From NCBI GenBank assembly GCA_050250895.1, contig JBFWNU010000009.1, positions 134,488 to 198,487 of the forward strand: a DNA stretch of 64,000 nucleotides. Reading direction: 5' to 3'. The notes beneath the pieces are model-generated. The model searched no databases. It was not told where the DNA came from and worked only from the letters and a program-made list of their open reading frames with translations. Source of the stretch: Vulcanimicrobiota bacterium. GTDB lineage: Bacteria > Vulcanimicrobiota > Xenobia > Xenobiales > JADMJV01. Below, in pieces: positions 19,593 through 29,271 of the stretch. The translations under genes were made by a program, and so were the position numbers. Numbering within the stretch: position 1 is the stretch's first letter; each line of letters opens with the position of its first letter.

Positions 19593-21809
19593 ATGTTTCG
19601 GTTCTCTCTCGCCGTCCTTTTGATTCTTGCCAGCCTGGCCAGCGCCCAGGCCCGTCCGCGTTATAGTGTGCGGGTAGGCGACCAGCCCGGCAAGTGGGAA
19701 GCGAGGGCGGCCGAGGATCTGGCCAGGTATCTGGGCCAGGTCATGGAGGCCGAGATGGTCGAGAGCGGCCAGGCTGAATTGACCTTCGTGGTCGGCAAGC
19801 TGGCCCTCGACGAATGCCCCCCGTTGCAGAGGAGCCTGGCCGGGCTGACCCAAAAGCCCCCCGTGATCCGGCGCGACGCCATCGCCCTCGAGCAGGTGGG
19901 TTCGACCATCTATCTGGCCGGCAGCAACGACGACTCGCACTACTTCGCCGTTGCCTATCTACTGCAAAAGCTGGGATGCCGCTGGTATATGCCGACCGAG
20001 TTCGGCGAGTATGTGCCCCGGCTGCAGCAGTGGCCGCTCCCCAAACTCTCGGTGGCCTATGCCCCCCCTTTCGAGGTGCGCACCTACTGGATCTCCTGGA
20101 ACGGCGACCGCCAGGGCTATGAAGAGTTCGCCCACCGCAACTTCTACAACCTCGAGCGCAACCCGCCCGGCGGCCACGCTCTGGGCGTCAGTCGCTTCAC
20201 CAAGGACGAACTGCCCATGGACGGCAGCTGGAACAGCCCCGCCACCATCGCGGCGGTGGCTAAATCGTTCGAGCCCGACTTTGGGGCCGGCAAGTCGTTC
20301 TCGCTGGCCATCAAGGACATGGTCCAGCGGCGCCTGGATGGCCCGGACTCGGTCCTGGGTGGAGGCCTTCACGACAAGTTTTTCCATGCCCCGGCGGTCA
20401 GCGACATCTTTCTGGCCTTCTACAACGCGGTCTGCACCGAGCTGATCAGGTTGCATCCCCAGAGCCAGGCCAAAATCGGGTTTCTGGCCTATGTCAACCT
20501 GACTCTGGCTCCTCAACGCAACATCGTGGCCGCCGCCCCGCTGGTCGCCTATCTGGCTCCCATCGATATCGACCCTCTGCATGCCATGGGCGATCCTCGC
20601 TCTCCGGAGAAATCCGACTACCAGGGCGCCCTTACGCGTTGGGCCGAGGTCATGCAGGGCCGGGTGGTCATCTACGATTATGACCAGAGCATGCTGGTCT
20701 GGCGCGACCTGCCCAATCCTTCCCACGAGGTCCTGCGCAAAGAAATCAAGCTCTATCAAAAGCTCGGCATCCTGGGCTTTGCCACCGAGAGCCGCAACGC
20801 CATCGCGACCACCTTTACCAACCTCTTCTTCCGGGGGCAGCTCTATTGGAACCCCGACTTTGACGTCGAGGGCGAGCTCGCGCTCTTCTATCGCAACTTC
20901 TACGGTCCGATGGCCGAGCCGATGTCCCACTACTGGAGCGCCATCTATGCGGCCTGGGAGGCCACTCCCCTCACCTATCACGAGTTCTTTGTCATCCCCG
21001 ATATCTACACCCCCGAGCTGGTCACGCGATTGGGGCAGCACCTGCAGGCGGCCGAGGCGCTGGCCGGCCAGCTCACCCCGCGCGAGCAACAGCGGCTGGA
21101 GTTCACTCGCCGCAGCCTGGGGCTGATCGAAGCCTACACCGAGATGGCCCGAAAAGCCGGCTCGGAATGCGACTTCAGCGCAGCCGTGGCGGCCGGTAAG
21201 CGCGGATTGGCGATCCGCGAAGAGCTGACCAAAGCCAGCGGCATCTTCACTACCTATGTCAAAATGCCCGAAAAGGGTCCGGCCTGGTGGCCGGGCGAGG
21301 TGGAGTATTACGGTCAGCTCGAGCAACTCTGCCAGGGAGCAGCCGGTCGGCTGGTGGCCCAAACCCCGCTACGGTGGAAGTTTCAAGCCGACCCCTATGA
21401 CGAGGGCTTATGGCGCAACTGGGGCGTGGATCCTCCTGATGCCGGTTGGGCTAGCCTGAAGGTCGACAGCTTGCCGCGGGCCCAGGGCGTCTACGCGTCG
21501 GACTACCACAGCCCCGAAGGGTTCGGTTGGTATACCTGCAGCCTGAGCCTGAGCAAACTCCCGGCCCGGCCTCATCTCGCCTTTCCCGGGCTATTCAACG
21601 AGAGCTGGCTCTATGTCAACGGTGAGTTGGTGGCCCACCGACCCCAACAGGCCCTGTGGTGGCTCAACGACTATCGCTTCTTGTGGGATGTCGACCTGGC
21701 CGGCAAGCTGCGCAAAGGCAACAACCAGTTCGTCTTGCGCACCAAAATCGACCGCCATCCCAGCGGCATGTTCCGGCGCCCCTTCGTGTATGAGGCGGTG
21801 GCTCGATGA
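19593..21809 (+). CDS. Exported DUF4838-type glycoside-hydrolase-like protein with C-terminal sugar-binding jelly-roll
   Basis: Signal peptide, LGCRWYMP..GE.VP, FLAY, and GWY...L.FPGL.NE.WLYVNG. Confidence 0.65.
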   Translation: MFRFSLAVLLILASLASAQARPRYSVRVGDQPGKWEARAAEDLARYLGQVMEAEMVESGQAELTFVVGKLALDECPPLQRSLAGLTQKPPVIRRDAIALEQVGSTIYLAGSNDDSHYFAVAYLLQKLGCRWYMPTEFGEYVPRLQQWPLPKLSVAYAPPFEVRTYWISWNGDRQGYEEFAHRNFYNLERNPPGGHALGVSRFTKDELPMDGSWNSPATIAAVAKSFEPDFGAGKSFSLAIKDMVQRRLDGPDSVLGGGLHDKFFHAPAVSDIFLAFYNAVCTELIRLHPQSQAKIGFLAYVNLTLAPQRNIVAAAPLVAYLAPIDIDPLHAMGDPRSPEKSDYQGALTRWAEVMQGRVVIYDYDQSMLVWRDLPNPSHEVLRKEIKLYQKLGILGFATESRNAIATTFTNLFFRGQLYWNPDFDVEGELALFYRNFYGPMAEPMSHYWSAIYAAWEATPLTYHEFFVIPDIYTPELVTRLGQHLQAAEALAGQLTPREQQRLEFTRRSLGLIEAYTEMARKAGSECDFSAAVAAGKRGLAIREELTKASGIFTTYVKMPEKGPAWWPGEVEYYGQLEQLCQGAAGRLVAQTPLRWKFQADPYDEGLWRNWGVDPPDAGWASLKVDSLPRAQGVYASDYHSPEGFGWYTCSLSLSKLPARPHLAFPGLFNESWLYVNGELVAHRPQQALWWLNDYRFLWDVDLAGKLRKGNNQFVLRTKIDRHPSGMFRRPFVYEAVAR

Positions 21810-22414
21810 CCTATCGCAGTCACGGTAAGCGGCTGTTCGACCTGGTGGCCGCCGGGTTGGGCCTGATCCTGTTGTCTCCGGTGTTGGCGGGGCTGGCCCT
21901 GCTGGTGCGCCAACGCCTGGGATCGCCGGTCTTGTTTCGCCAGCAGCGCCCCGGCAAAGACGGTAAGATCTTCGAGCTGGTCAAGTTTCGCTCGATGACC
22001 GACGAGCGCGACCCGTCCGGCCAGCTCTATCCCGACGAGCGGCGCCTGACCCCGTTTGGCCAGTTTCTGCGCAGCACCAGCCTGGATGAGTTACCCGAGC
22101 TCATCAACGTGCTCAAGGGCGAGATGAGCCTGGTGGGCCCGCGTCCGCTGCTGGTGAAGTATCTCGAGCGGTACAACGATTTTCAGCGACGCCGCCTGGA
22201 AGTCAGGCCCGGCATCACCGGCTGGGCTCAGGTCAACGGACGCAACGCCACCGACTGGAACGAGCGCTTTCGCCAGGATGTCTACTACATCGACCATATG
22301 TCGCTGGCCCTCGACCTCAAGATCCTGTTTATGACCGTCAAGGCGGTGGTGGTGCGCGAGGGTATCTCGCGAGAAGGCCACGCCACCATGCCCGAATTTT
22401 TGGGCGACGACTGA
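21806..22414 (+). CDS. Small phosphoglycosyl transferase (Bac_transf, PglC-like)
   Basis: [32 protein letters not shown] and [13 protein letters not shown]. Confidence 0.93.
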   Translation: MTYRSHGKRLFDLVAAGLGLILLSPVLAGLALLVRQRLGSPVLFRQQRPGKDGKIFELVKFRSMTDERDPSGQLYPDERRLTPFGQFLRSTSLDELPELINVLKGEMSLVGPRPLLVKYLERYNDFQRRRLEVRPGITGWAQVNGRNATDWNERFRQDVYYIDHMSLALDLKILFMTVKAVVVREGISREGHATMPEFLGDD

Positions 22415-22454
22415 CTTTCACGATGGTTTGAGGGCCTCGCACTAGATTCAGGGG

Positions 22455-23354
22455 GTGAACCTCTGGCGCCTCTACCACCGTTTCACCCAGCCGAGTCAGC
22501 AACTCTCGGTGGCTCAGGCACGCCAGCACAAAGGCTTTCAGAAGCTCGAGCAAGAGGTGGCCGAACTGACCGGCGCCCTGAGCGATCGCTACCAGGGCCA
22601 GACCACCGACCTGTTCGACCCCAACCTCGACGGTTGGTTGACCCAGGCGAAACTGGTCGAGGGCCGGCCGGTCGAGGTCAAAGCCACCGGCTACGGCATC
22701 AGCTCGAGGACCGAGCTACACCTGAACTGGACTCCTTCCGGCTGGGAAGCACGGCGTCTCTATCTCTTCGAAGGCTGCGCCGGCGAGGACCTGATGGCCA
22801 CCGAACAAAACGCCCACCTGGACGGCGGACAGGTGAAGCTGCAAGAATTCGACTTCTCCGAGTCAGGCCTCTCTATCTATAGAGACCAGCGCTGGGTGGT
22901 CAACGGCCGGCGGGCGGCGCTGGCCGCCATGGTAGACCAACCTATCGACCAGGAGTGGGTCGCCCGGGCTCGCCGACTCGGGTCCGAAGAGCAAGTCGTC
23001 AAGACCTGGAAGACGGCTGTCGCTGGCCACGGGGACCGTCTGCCCGGTCTAAGCCAGTTGCTCGAAGCCGACCCGGCTGCAACTCTCGAGCAGATCGGCT
23101 CGGTCCAAACCCCGGGCTGGCCGCGATTCGAGCGGTTGCTCGCGGTTTTCGGTCGCGAGCCGTCGGGACTGCTGGCCGCGGCCAAAGGTCTGGATTGGCT
23201 CGACGCGCAACGCGCCCAGGGTCTCGACGAGAGCACCGCCTTCCAGCGATTACTGGCTTCTCACCTGCCGGCCACGCTGTCGTTCGCGAGCGTAGGTTTA
23301 AACCTGGAAGAGGACTATCTTCAGGTGGGCAGTTTCGGCCTGGACCGCCACTAG
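22455..23354 (+). CDS. Hypothetical protein with C-terminal beta-hairpin-like tail
   Basis: ORF with GTG start after AGGGG. No recognised domain. Confidence 0.6.
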   Translation: MNLWRLYHRFTQPSQQLSVAQARQHKGFQKLEQEVAELTGALSDRYQGQTTDLFDPNLDGWLTQAKLVEGRPVEVKATGYGISSRTELHLNWTPSGWEARRLYLFEGCAGEDLMATEQNAHLDGGQVKLQEFDFSESGLSIYRDQRWVVNGRRAALAAMVDQPIDQEWVARARRLGSEEQVVKTWKTAVAGHGDRLPGLSQLLEADPAATLEQIGSVQTPGWPRFERLLAVFGREPSGLLAAAKGLDWLDAQRAQGLDESTAFQRLLASHLPATLSFASVGLNLEEDYLQVGSFGLDRH

Positions 23355-23375
23355 CGGGCCCTCGCGAGGGCCCGC
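23354..23375. terminator. Perfect 22-bp palindrome between convergent genes
   Basis: GCGGGCCCTCGCGAGGGCCCGC, no U-tract. Confidence 0.5.
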
Positions 23376-23383
23376 CAGGGCTC

Positions 23384-23614
23384 CTAGAGAGCCTTGATGG
23401 CGTCGCGGACCTCGGACCACTGGGCGTGGCGGCCGATCTTCTTCTTCGAGAAGACGCGTTTTCCGTCGACATCGACCTCGAAGGCTCCGCCGCCGGAGGG
23501 AACGAGGGTCAACCCCTCGATTTCGTCACGAAACTCCCCAATCAACTTCTCTGCCATACTGGCAGCCTGAGGAGTGTAGTTTCACATCAAGCAGAATTCG
23601 ATCTGGATCTTCAT
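23384..23614 (-). CDS. SelW/SelT/SelH (Rdx family) selenoprotein, CxxU
   Basis: Not in the ORF track. GGAGG RBS, then MKIQIEFCLM-U-NYTPQAASMA...LTLVPSGGGAFEVDVDGKRVFSKK.IGRH (76 aa). UGA at 23582-23584. Confidence 0.93.
23544..23581 (-). promoter_or_regulatory. Bacterial SECIS element
   Basis: After UGA: AACU...CUGCCA-GUA-UGGCAG...AGUU. The apical loop starts with GU, 22 nt from the UGA. Confidence 0.8.
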
Positions 23615-23666
23615 TGCTAACCTCCGCTCCTCACCTTCTCTCTGGACGGTTGGATTTCATCTTGGG

Positions 23667-24062
23667 CTAGCTAGCGCGAGCCAGTCGGTCTACGATCATG
23701 GGGTCGATCTTCTGGCGCAACTTCAGGTATTGCTCGCGGTGGCGTTCGGCCATCTCCCAGCAAAAGAGGGCTTTGCGGACCTCGTCGCGTCCCCGGCCGT
23801 CGCGATAGGCTCGCAGGTGGTCAAGACACTGCTCCAGGGCCCGACTCTCACCTTGACTATGCCGCTGGGCCCGGCGAACCGAAATCAGCTCCCCTCGGCG
23901 CAAGGGAAAACCCAGCCACATGCTGTGTTGGGCGTGCTGCTGACGAAGGTGCTGTTCAACCCCTTCGACCCTGTCCAAAAAAACGGCCACGGTCTGCTCT
24001 CCGGCCCGACCCTCGAGCACCTGGCTGCAATAAACTGGTATCATATGTATCGAGTGTTCCAT
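23667..24062 (-). CDS. Hypothetical protein
   Basis: ORF with GGAGG RBS, upstream of the SelW gene on the same strand. Confidence 0.55.
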   Translation of the reverse strand: MEHSIHMIPVYCSQVLEGRAGEQTVAVFLDRVEGVEQHLRQQHAQHSMWLGFPLRRGELISVRRAQRHSQGESRALEQCLDHLRAYRDGRGRDEVRKALFCWEMAERHREQYLKLRQKIDPMIVDRLARAS

Positions 24063-24199
24063 CGACCCTCCCTGGCATTGGTTGGCTTGGAACCCATCCT
24101 AGCCCGCCTCCGGGGCCGGTTCAGTGACGCTCGACGGGTGGCCCGGTGACCGCCGTCACCCTTTGAACAGGCTTCAACCAGGCCCGGCCCCGCCCCAAA

Positions 24200-24230
24200 T
24201 TGACCAGAACTCATTTCTGTGCTATATATT
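24200..24230 (+). promoter_or_regulatory. Sigma70-type promoter
   Basis: TTGACC-N17-TATATA with extended TG, in an AT-rich patch. Confidence 0.6.
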
Positions 24231-24378
24231 AGTTGTTTTCCAGGGTTCAACGGTCCGCTTGTGAGGAGCACTCCTTGACTTATTTTCAAGCGGACACGGA
24301 AGGGAGAGAAGCCAGATTCAGGCTCCCGGCTCCAGTTGATAACCCCTGCTGGTGCCAAGAGCCTGAAGAGCGAATCGA

Positions 24379-24888
24379 ATGAACAGCTCGGTTCTTGTGC
24401 TCAATGCTAGCTACGAGTATCTCAACGTTACCTCGCTGCAGCGGGCGGTGAAGTTGCTCTACAAAGAGAAGGCCGAACTCGTCGAAACCGTCCAGGGGCA
24501 AGTCATTGGATCGGTGCGGCGGCAGTTCGGCATGCCTTCTATTATCCGCATGCTGTACTACATCCGGCGACCCTTTAAAGAGGTGCCGCTGACGCGTAAG
24601 AATATTCTGGTGCGCGACCAGCACGTCTGTCAGTATTGCGGTCGCAATGGCGACACCGTGGATCACGTCAGGCCCCGCTCGCGCGGGGGGCCCAACACCT
24701 GGACCAACTGTGTCTGCGCCTGCGCCGAGTGCAACCGCAAAAAGAACAACCGCACGCCCGATGAAGCCGGCATGCGGCTGGCTCGCAAGCCGCGCAAACC
24801 CTCGCACTTGCCCTGGGTTCGCATGAAACAAAGTTCGGCCCACCACAGCTGGGCACGCTATCTTTTCTGGGCGGGTGACGGTTTGTGA
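24379..24888 (+). CDS. HNH endonuclease (McrA/HNH_5-like)
   Basis: VLVLNASYE, RD..CQYCG, TVDHV.PRSRGG..W.N.V.AC..CN.KK. Confidence 0.92.
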   Translation: MNSSVLVLNASYEYLNVTSLQRAVKLLYKEKAELVETVQGQVIGSVRRQFGMPSIIRMLYYIRRPFKEVPLTRKNILVRDQHVCQYCGRNGDTVDHVRPRSRGGPNTWTNCVCACAECNRKKNNRTPDEAGMRLARKPRKPSHLPWVRMKQSSAHHSWARYLFWAGDGL

Positions 24889-24964
24889 TCCGGTTCACAG
24901 ATCGGGTGGTCAGAATCGGTTATCCTCTGGTCAGAAGATAACTCCCATAGACACCCAATCCCCC

Positions 24965-24995
24965 AAGAACACCCCGCCCCCAACGGGGTGTTCTT
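24965..24995. terminator. Bidirectional terminator
   Basis: AAGAACACCCCG-N7-CGGGGTGTTCTT between convergent genes. Confidence 0.75.
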
Positions 24996-24997
24996 CT

Positions 24998-25447
24998 TTA
25001 TCCCTCGACGTCGTCGGTCAGGGCGAACAGGAAATCGGCCCGGGCCAGTTGCTCTTCGCCCACCCGGCACACAATCTCGGTCTTGCCCATGTCCTTGCGC
25101 AGGTTGAGCATGCGAGCCTCGATGTCGAGTCGCTCTCCGGGTTTGGCCGCACGACCGAACTCGGCGTTATCGAGCGACCCAAAAAGAATGTATCGTCCCT
25201 GGCTATCAGGCTGCGAAAGAATCACGGCCGCTCCCACCTGAGCCATGGCTTCTAGCATCAACGACATCGGCATCTCGGGCTGGCCCGGGAAATGTCCCTG
25301 AAAAAAGGGTTCGTTATGGGTCAGTTGCTTGATGCCAACAGCCCGGTCGACCCCTTCTGTCTCGAGGATTCGGTCGATCAGCAAGAACGGATAGCGATGG
25401 GGCAGGTAGCCCATTATTTCTTGAATCGACAGCGCCGGCTTGGACAT
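24998..25447 (-). CDS. fabZ: 3-hydroxyacyl-ACP dehydratase
   Basis: LPHRYPFLLIDR and NEPFFQGHFP...EAMAQ. The helix motif is atypical (PEMPMSL). Confidence 0.85.
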   Translation of the reverse strand: MSKPALSIQEIMGYLPHRYPFLLIDRILETEGVDRAVGIKQLTHNEPFFQGHFPGQPEMPMSLMLEAMAQVGAAVILSQPDSQGRYILFGSLDNAEFGRAAKPGERLDIEARMLNLRKDMGKTEIVCRVGEEQLARADFLFALTDDVEG

Positions 25448-25549
25448 CCAATCACCTCCCGGTGGGGGCCCGCCATTCTACGGCTCTAACTTGCCCCCCT
25501 GCCAGGCCCGGCCGCAGGAACGCAGGCCGCTTCGGTGAACCGGCGCAGC

Positions 25550-26716
25550 ATGAAACCTGTGGCCATTCTTTCTGCCTGCCGGACCCCCATCGGGAAATTC
25601 GGAGGAACCCTCGCCGAACTGACGGCCGTCGACCTGGGCGTCGTGGCCATCGAAGAGAGTCTTCAACGAGCCAGACTGGCCCCGGCTCAGGTCGACCTGG
25701 CCATCGTGGGAATGGCCCGTCAGGCCGGCTGCGGACCCAACCCGGCTCGCCAGATGGCGGTGCGGGCCGGCATCCCGGTCGAGGCGCCCAGCTACACCCT
25801 CAACCAGGCCTGCGCCTCGGGGTTGGCCGCTCTGGCCATGGCCGCCGGCCATATCGCCCTGGGAGAGGCCCAGGTGGTGGTGGCCGCCGGGGCCGAAAGC
25901 ATGTCCAACGTCCCCTATCTGCTGCCAGCGGCCCGCTGGGGCCTGCGCCTGGGCCATCGCAAACTGGTCGACGGCATGTATCAAGACGGGTTCTTCTGCC
26001 CCCTGGCCGACATGATCATGGGCGAGACAGCCGAGGTCGTGGCCGGCGAACTTTCCATCGGACGGGCCGCCCAGGACGAGTATGCGGCCACCAGCCAGAA
26101 CCGATGCCAGCAAGCCACCGAGGCGGGCCGTTTCGAGGCCGAGCTGGTCCCGGTCAAGACCCGCAAGACGGTGCTCTCGGCAGACGAGCACCCGCGGGCC
26201 AACGTGACCGCTGAAAAGCTGGCCAAGCTCGAGCCCGTTTTTTCCAAAGAAGGCACCATCACGGCCGGCAACGCCTCGGGCATCACCGACGGCGCCTCGT
26301 CTTTGGTGGTCTGCTCACAGGAATATGTCCAAGCCCACGGGCTCAAGCCGATGGCCTGGTATACCGGCGGCAAGACGGTGGGCCTTGATCCTGTCCGTAT
26401 GGGGCTGGGTCCGGTTCACGCCATGCGGGCCTATTTCGCCAACGGCGGCGGCAAACTCGAAGACTACGACTTGATCGAACTCAACGAGGCCTTCGCCGCC
26501 CAGGTGCTGGCCTGCCACACCCAGATGCCGCTGCCGCTCGAGCGGGTCAACGTCAACGGCGGAGCCATCGCCCTGGGCCACCCCATCGGCTGCACGGGCA
26601 ACCGCATCGTGGTCACCCTGCTGCATGAAATGCAAAGGCGCCAGGTAGCCAAAGGTCTCGCCACGCTGTGCGTCTCGGGCGGCCTGGGCATCTGCGCTTC
26701 TTTCGACAACGCTTAG
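25550..26716 (+). CDS. Acetyl-CoA C-acyltransferase (thiolase)
   Basis: RTPIG, NQACASG, NEAF, GHPIG and LCVSGG. Confidence 0.93.
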   Translation: MKPVAILSACRTPIGKFGGTLAELTAVDLGVVAIEESLQRARLAPAQVDLAIVGMARQAGCGPNPARQMAVRAGIPVEAPSYTLNQACASGLAALAMAAGHIALGEAQVVVAAGAESMSNVPYLLPAARWGLRLGHRKLVDGMYQDGFFCPLADMIMGETAEVVAGELSIGRAAQDEYAATSQNRCQQATEAGRFEAELVPVKTRKTVLSADEHPRANVTAEKLAKLEPVFSKEGTITAGNASGITDGASSLVVCSQEYVQAHGLKPMAWYTGGKTVGLDPVRMGLGPVHAMRAYFANGGGKLEDYDLIELNEAFAAQVLACHTQMPLPLERVNVNGGAIALGHPIGCTGNRIVVTLLHEMQRRQVAKGLATLCVSGGLGICASFDNA

Positions 26717-26762
26717 GGCCCTTAGACCAAAAATCACAGACCGCCGCTGGTATCATGAGGAC

Positions 26763-27197
26763 ATGAAGAATCTCGCAATAGTGGTGGTGGTCGTGGCCGC
26801 GCTCATGACCGCCCTGGTTCAACTCCCCTCGCAACCGCTCGAACTGAACGGAATTCGGCTGGGCATGACCGTCCGAGCACTCGAGGACACCCGCGGTGGC
26901 GAAGCCCTGGTCAACAACGGAGTAGGCGTCTACGATGGCCAGCTCCTCTATCTGGATCAACACGACCGTATCCTCGGTGTCCTGGGTCAACGGCTCGATG
27001 ACCAGCTGGGACCACAAGCCAGCCTGACCGACGTAGAAAATCGTTTCGGCCCCGTCAAGCTACGCCGCCAAACGCGCTGGGGCACGATGCTGACTTATGG
27101 CCACGACCTGCGGGTCTGGAGCCAGGACGGCCGCGGGGTCACCTTTTATCTGCTCGGCGAGGTGCCCGACAGCGCCATCAAAGAACTCTCGCGCTAA
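26763..27197 (+). CDS. Hypothetical exported/membrane-anchored protein
   Basis: N-terminal hydrophobic helix and GAGG RBS. Confidence 0.6.
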   Translation: MKNLAIVVVVVAALMTALVQLPSQPLELNGIRLGMTVRALEDTRGGEALVNNGVGVYDGQLLYLDQHDRILGVLGQRLDDQLGPQASLTDVENRFGPVKLRRQTRWGTMLTYGHDLRVWSQDGRGVTFYLLGEVPDSAIKELSR

Positions 27198-27288
27198 AAT
27201 CGAAAAGTAGGGAGAACACACCTTGTAGCGCGGGCATGCACATGCTATGCTGCTAGGCAAACCTAGCAAACAGAATCGGCGGACCTGC

Positions 27289-29271
27289 ATGCCCTGGAAC
27301 GATATAGCCAATAAGCTCCTGCCCGAAGGCACCGAGCCTCAACTCGAAAGCTTGGCCCAACTACTCGAAGCCTCAGCCGGAGAACGGTTGCAGTCGCTGG
27401 CCGTGCTGCGCTTTCTCGAGAGCCTGAAAGGCCCCCTCGACGGCCTGACCGAGCGCTTTCGCTTTCTGGCCCAAACCTGCGGTAGCTGGTCGGCGGCGAA
27501 GTTGGCCCTGTCGCTACTGCGCGAGCCGCTCGAGACGCCCAGTCAAGAGTTGCATCAGGCCCTGCGCAGCAACCATTGCGTGCCGGCGGCCATTCGGCTG
27601 TGCGAGGCTCTGCGTCAAAGCGGCTGTCAAGATCAAGAGCGGCGCCTGCTGGCCCTCGAGGCGGCCGCACTGCTCAGTGACGGAGCCCGCCAGCAGGTCG
27701 AATTGCTGCAGCACTTGCTCGATTCGGCCCCGCTCGAGACCCTCGAGAGCCTGGCCTTTTTGGCCCGCCAGTTGAGGCTGGTCGGCTGGGAGGCGTGTGG
27801 CAGCTGGGGTCTGGTCGAGGATCCCCAGCGCGGCCTGGTCATCAACGACGGCGCCCACCCCGACCGGCGCGAGGCCTTCGGAATGACCTTTACCTCCGAG
27901 CCCATCAGCCTGGAAGGGCAAATTCGTAGCAAGCTTCAGTTTATGGCCAAGGTCGAAATCCTGGGGCTCACCGACCGTTGCCATCTCGAAGTCTCGAGCG
28001 ACGGCCAGGAGTGGGTCAAGCTGGTCAAGTTCGACGGCAGCCAACCGTGGAGCAGCCGCGAGGTGGACCTGTCGGCCTATGACGGTCAGACCATCCGGCT
28101 GCGCTTTCACGTCATCTCGGGCCACGACCGCCAGGGCGGCGGGGTCTATCTCGACCGTCTCTGCCTGACCGGGGTGCTGCCTGACCGCAGCCTGGCTCTG
28201 GGCTGGCAGGCCCAGGCCTGGGAAAGGGACGTCGTGGTGGCCGGCAGCGAGATTCCCTGGGCTTGTACCAGCGGCGACGACAATCACTTGACCAGCCAGC
28301 CTATCGTGCTCGACTCCATCGGTTCGCCGACCCTGTTGCTGAGCTATCGGCTGCAGACCAGCTCGCTCTACGAGCGCTGTCAACTGGAGCTGCAGGTCGA
28401 CGAACAAGATTGGCAAGAGGTCTCGGCCTTTGAAAGCGGCGAGGGACGCCGCACCATCGACCTGGCCCCCTATGGCGGAAGAACCGTCAGACTGAGGTTT
28501 TCTACCAATCTCAACCCACGCCGGCCCGGAGATGGATTCTTCTTGACCCGACTCAAGCTGGTAGGCACCGGTGCTTCCCACAGTTGCCATCGGATGGCTC
28601 CCCTCGACGGCAGCCCCGAGGACGGTCAGCCCCAACGAGAAGGTCTGCGCCAATTGGCTCTGGCCGGACGCTTCGAAGAACTCGGTCATCTGGCCCGGCT
28701 GGTGGCTCAACTCAAGAGCGTGGCCTGCGCCCTGTCCTTCTTGCCGCATCTGCAGACCGAGCAGGACCTACAGGCTCTGCTGGTGCTCCATCTAGCCTTC
28801 AAGGAGCAGGCCGGAGAGCTGTTCGAGCGATTGCGCGCCAGCAGCCGCGGCGACGAAGACCTCGAGCGGCTGGCCCGCCTGATGGTGTTGACCGGTCCCG
28901 ACGGCTATCTGGCCGCCCGCGACTTGCTGGGCGAAGGCCTGTTGGCGGCGGGCGAAGTGGATGCCAACATCGATCTCTATCTAGAGCTGGCCCGCCTGTG
29001 GGGAGTCGACCTGGCCGAAAGCGCCTTCAATCTGCTGCTGGTCCCGGTGGCCGCCGAAAGCCTGGCCGAACGACGGCAAGCCTTCGTCCAGCTCGTCCAG
29101 GCTTGCCCCGACGAGCCCGACGACGCCCTGCGCGACTGGGGTCTGGTGACCCGTTGGACGGGGGACCAGAGCCTGGGCGAGGCGGTGGGAAGTTTCGTGA
29201 CCCGGCTCGAGGCCGAAGGACAGGAAAAGGCCCGGAACCATCTGGCCCAGGCCCAAAGAGTGGCGTCTTAA
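27289..29271 (+). CDS. Hypothetical protein with two jelly-roll (carbohydrate-binding-like) domains between helical regions
   Basis: Internal duplication TS.PI.L...LEVSSDG.EW...VDLSAYDGQTIRLRF and TSQPIVL...IDLAPYGGRTVRLRF. Confidence 0.65.
   Translation: MPWNDIANKLLPEGTEPQLESLAQLLEASAGERLQSLAVLRFLESLKGPLDGLTERFRFLAQTCGSWSAAKLALSLLREPLETPSQELHQALRSNHCVPAAIRLCEALRQSGCQDQERRLLALEAAALLSDGARQQVELLQHLLDSAPLETLESLAFLARQLRLVGWEACGSWGLVEDPQRGLVINDGAHPDRREAFGMTFTSEPISLEGQIRSKLQFMAKVEILGLTDRCHLEVSSDGQEWVKLVKFDGSQPWSSREVDLSAYDGQTIRLRFHVISGHDRQGGGVYLDRLCLTGVLPDRSLALGWQAQAWERDVVVAGSEIPWACTSGDDNHLTSQPIVLDSIGSPTLLLSYRLQTSSLYERCQLELQVDEQDWQEVSAFESGEGRRTIDLAPYGGRTVRLRFSTNLNPRRPGDGFFLTRLKLVGTGASHSCHRMAPLDGSPEDGQPQREGLRQLALAGRFEELGHLARLVAQLKSVACALSFLPHLQTEQDLQALLVLHLAFKEQAGELFERLRASSRGDEDLERLARLMVLTGPDGYLAARDLLGEGLLAAGEVDANIDLYLELARLWGVDLAESAFNLLLVPVAAESLAERRQAFVQLVQACPDEPDDALRDWGLVTRWTGDQSLGEAVGSFVTRLEAEGQEKARNHLAQAQRVAS

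Noticed and set aside
22955-23620. 221-aa plus-strand ORF and 22999-23472 minus-strand ORF
   Set aside because: Shadow frames. The region is better explained by the 22455 gene and the SelW selenoprotein.
24235-24888. IscB/HEARO (OMEGA) RNA-guided system
   Set aside because: The protein is only 169 aa with no PLMP or RuvC motifs. The leader is kept only as a generic structured RNA candidate.
25460-25545. SRP RNA or other ncRNA between fabZ and the thiolase
   Set aside because: It lacks the SRP helix-8 motif (CAGG..GNRA..AGCAG) and is just a short GC-rich divergent promoter region.
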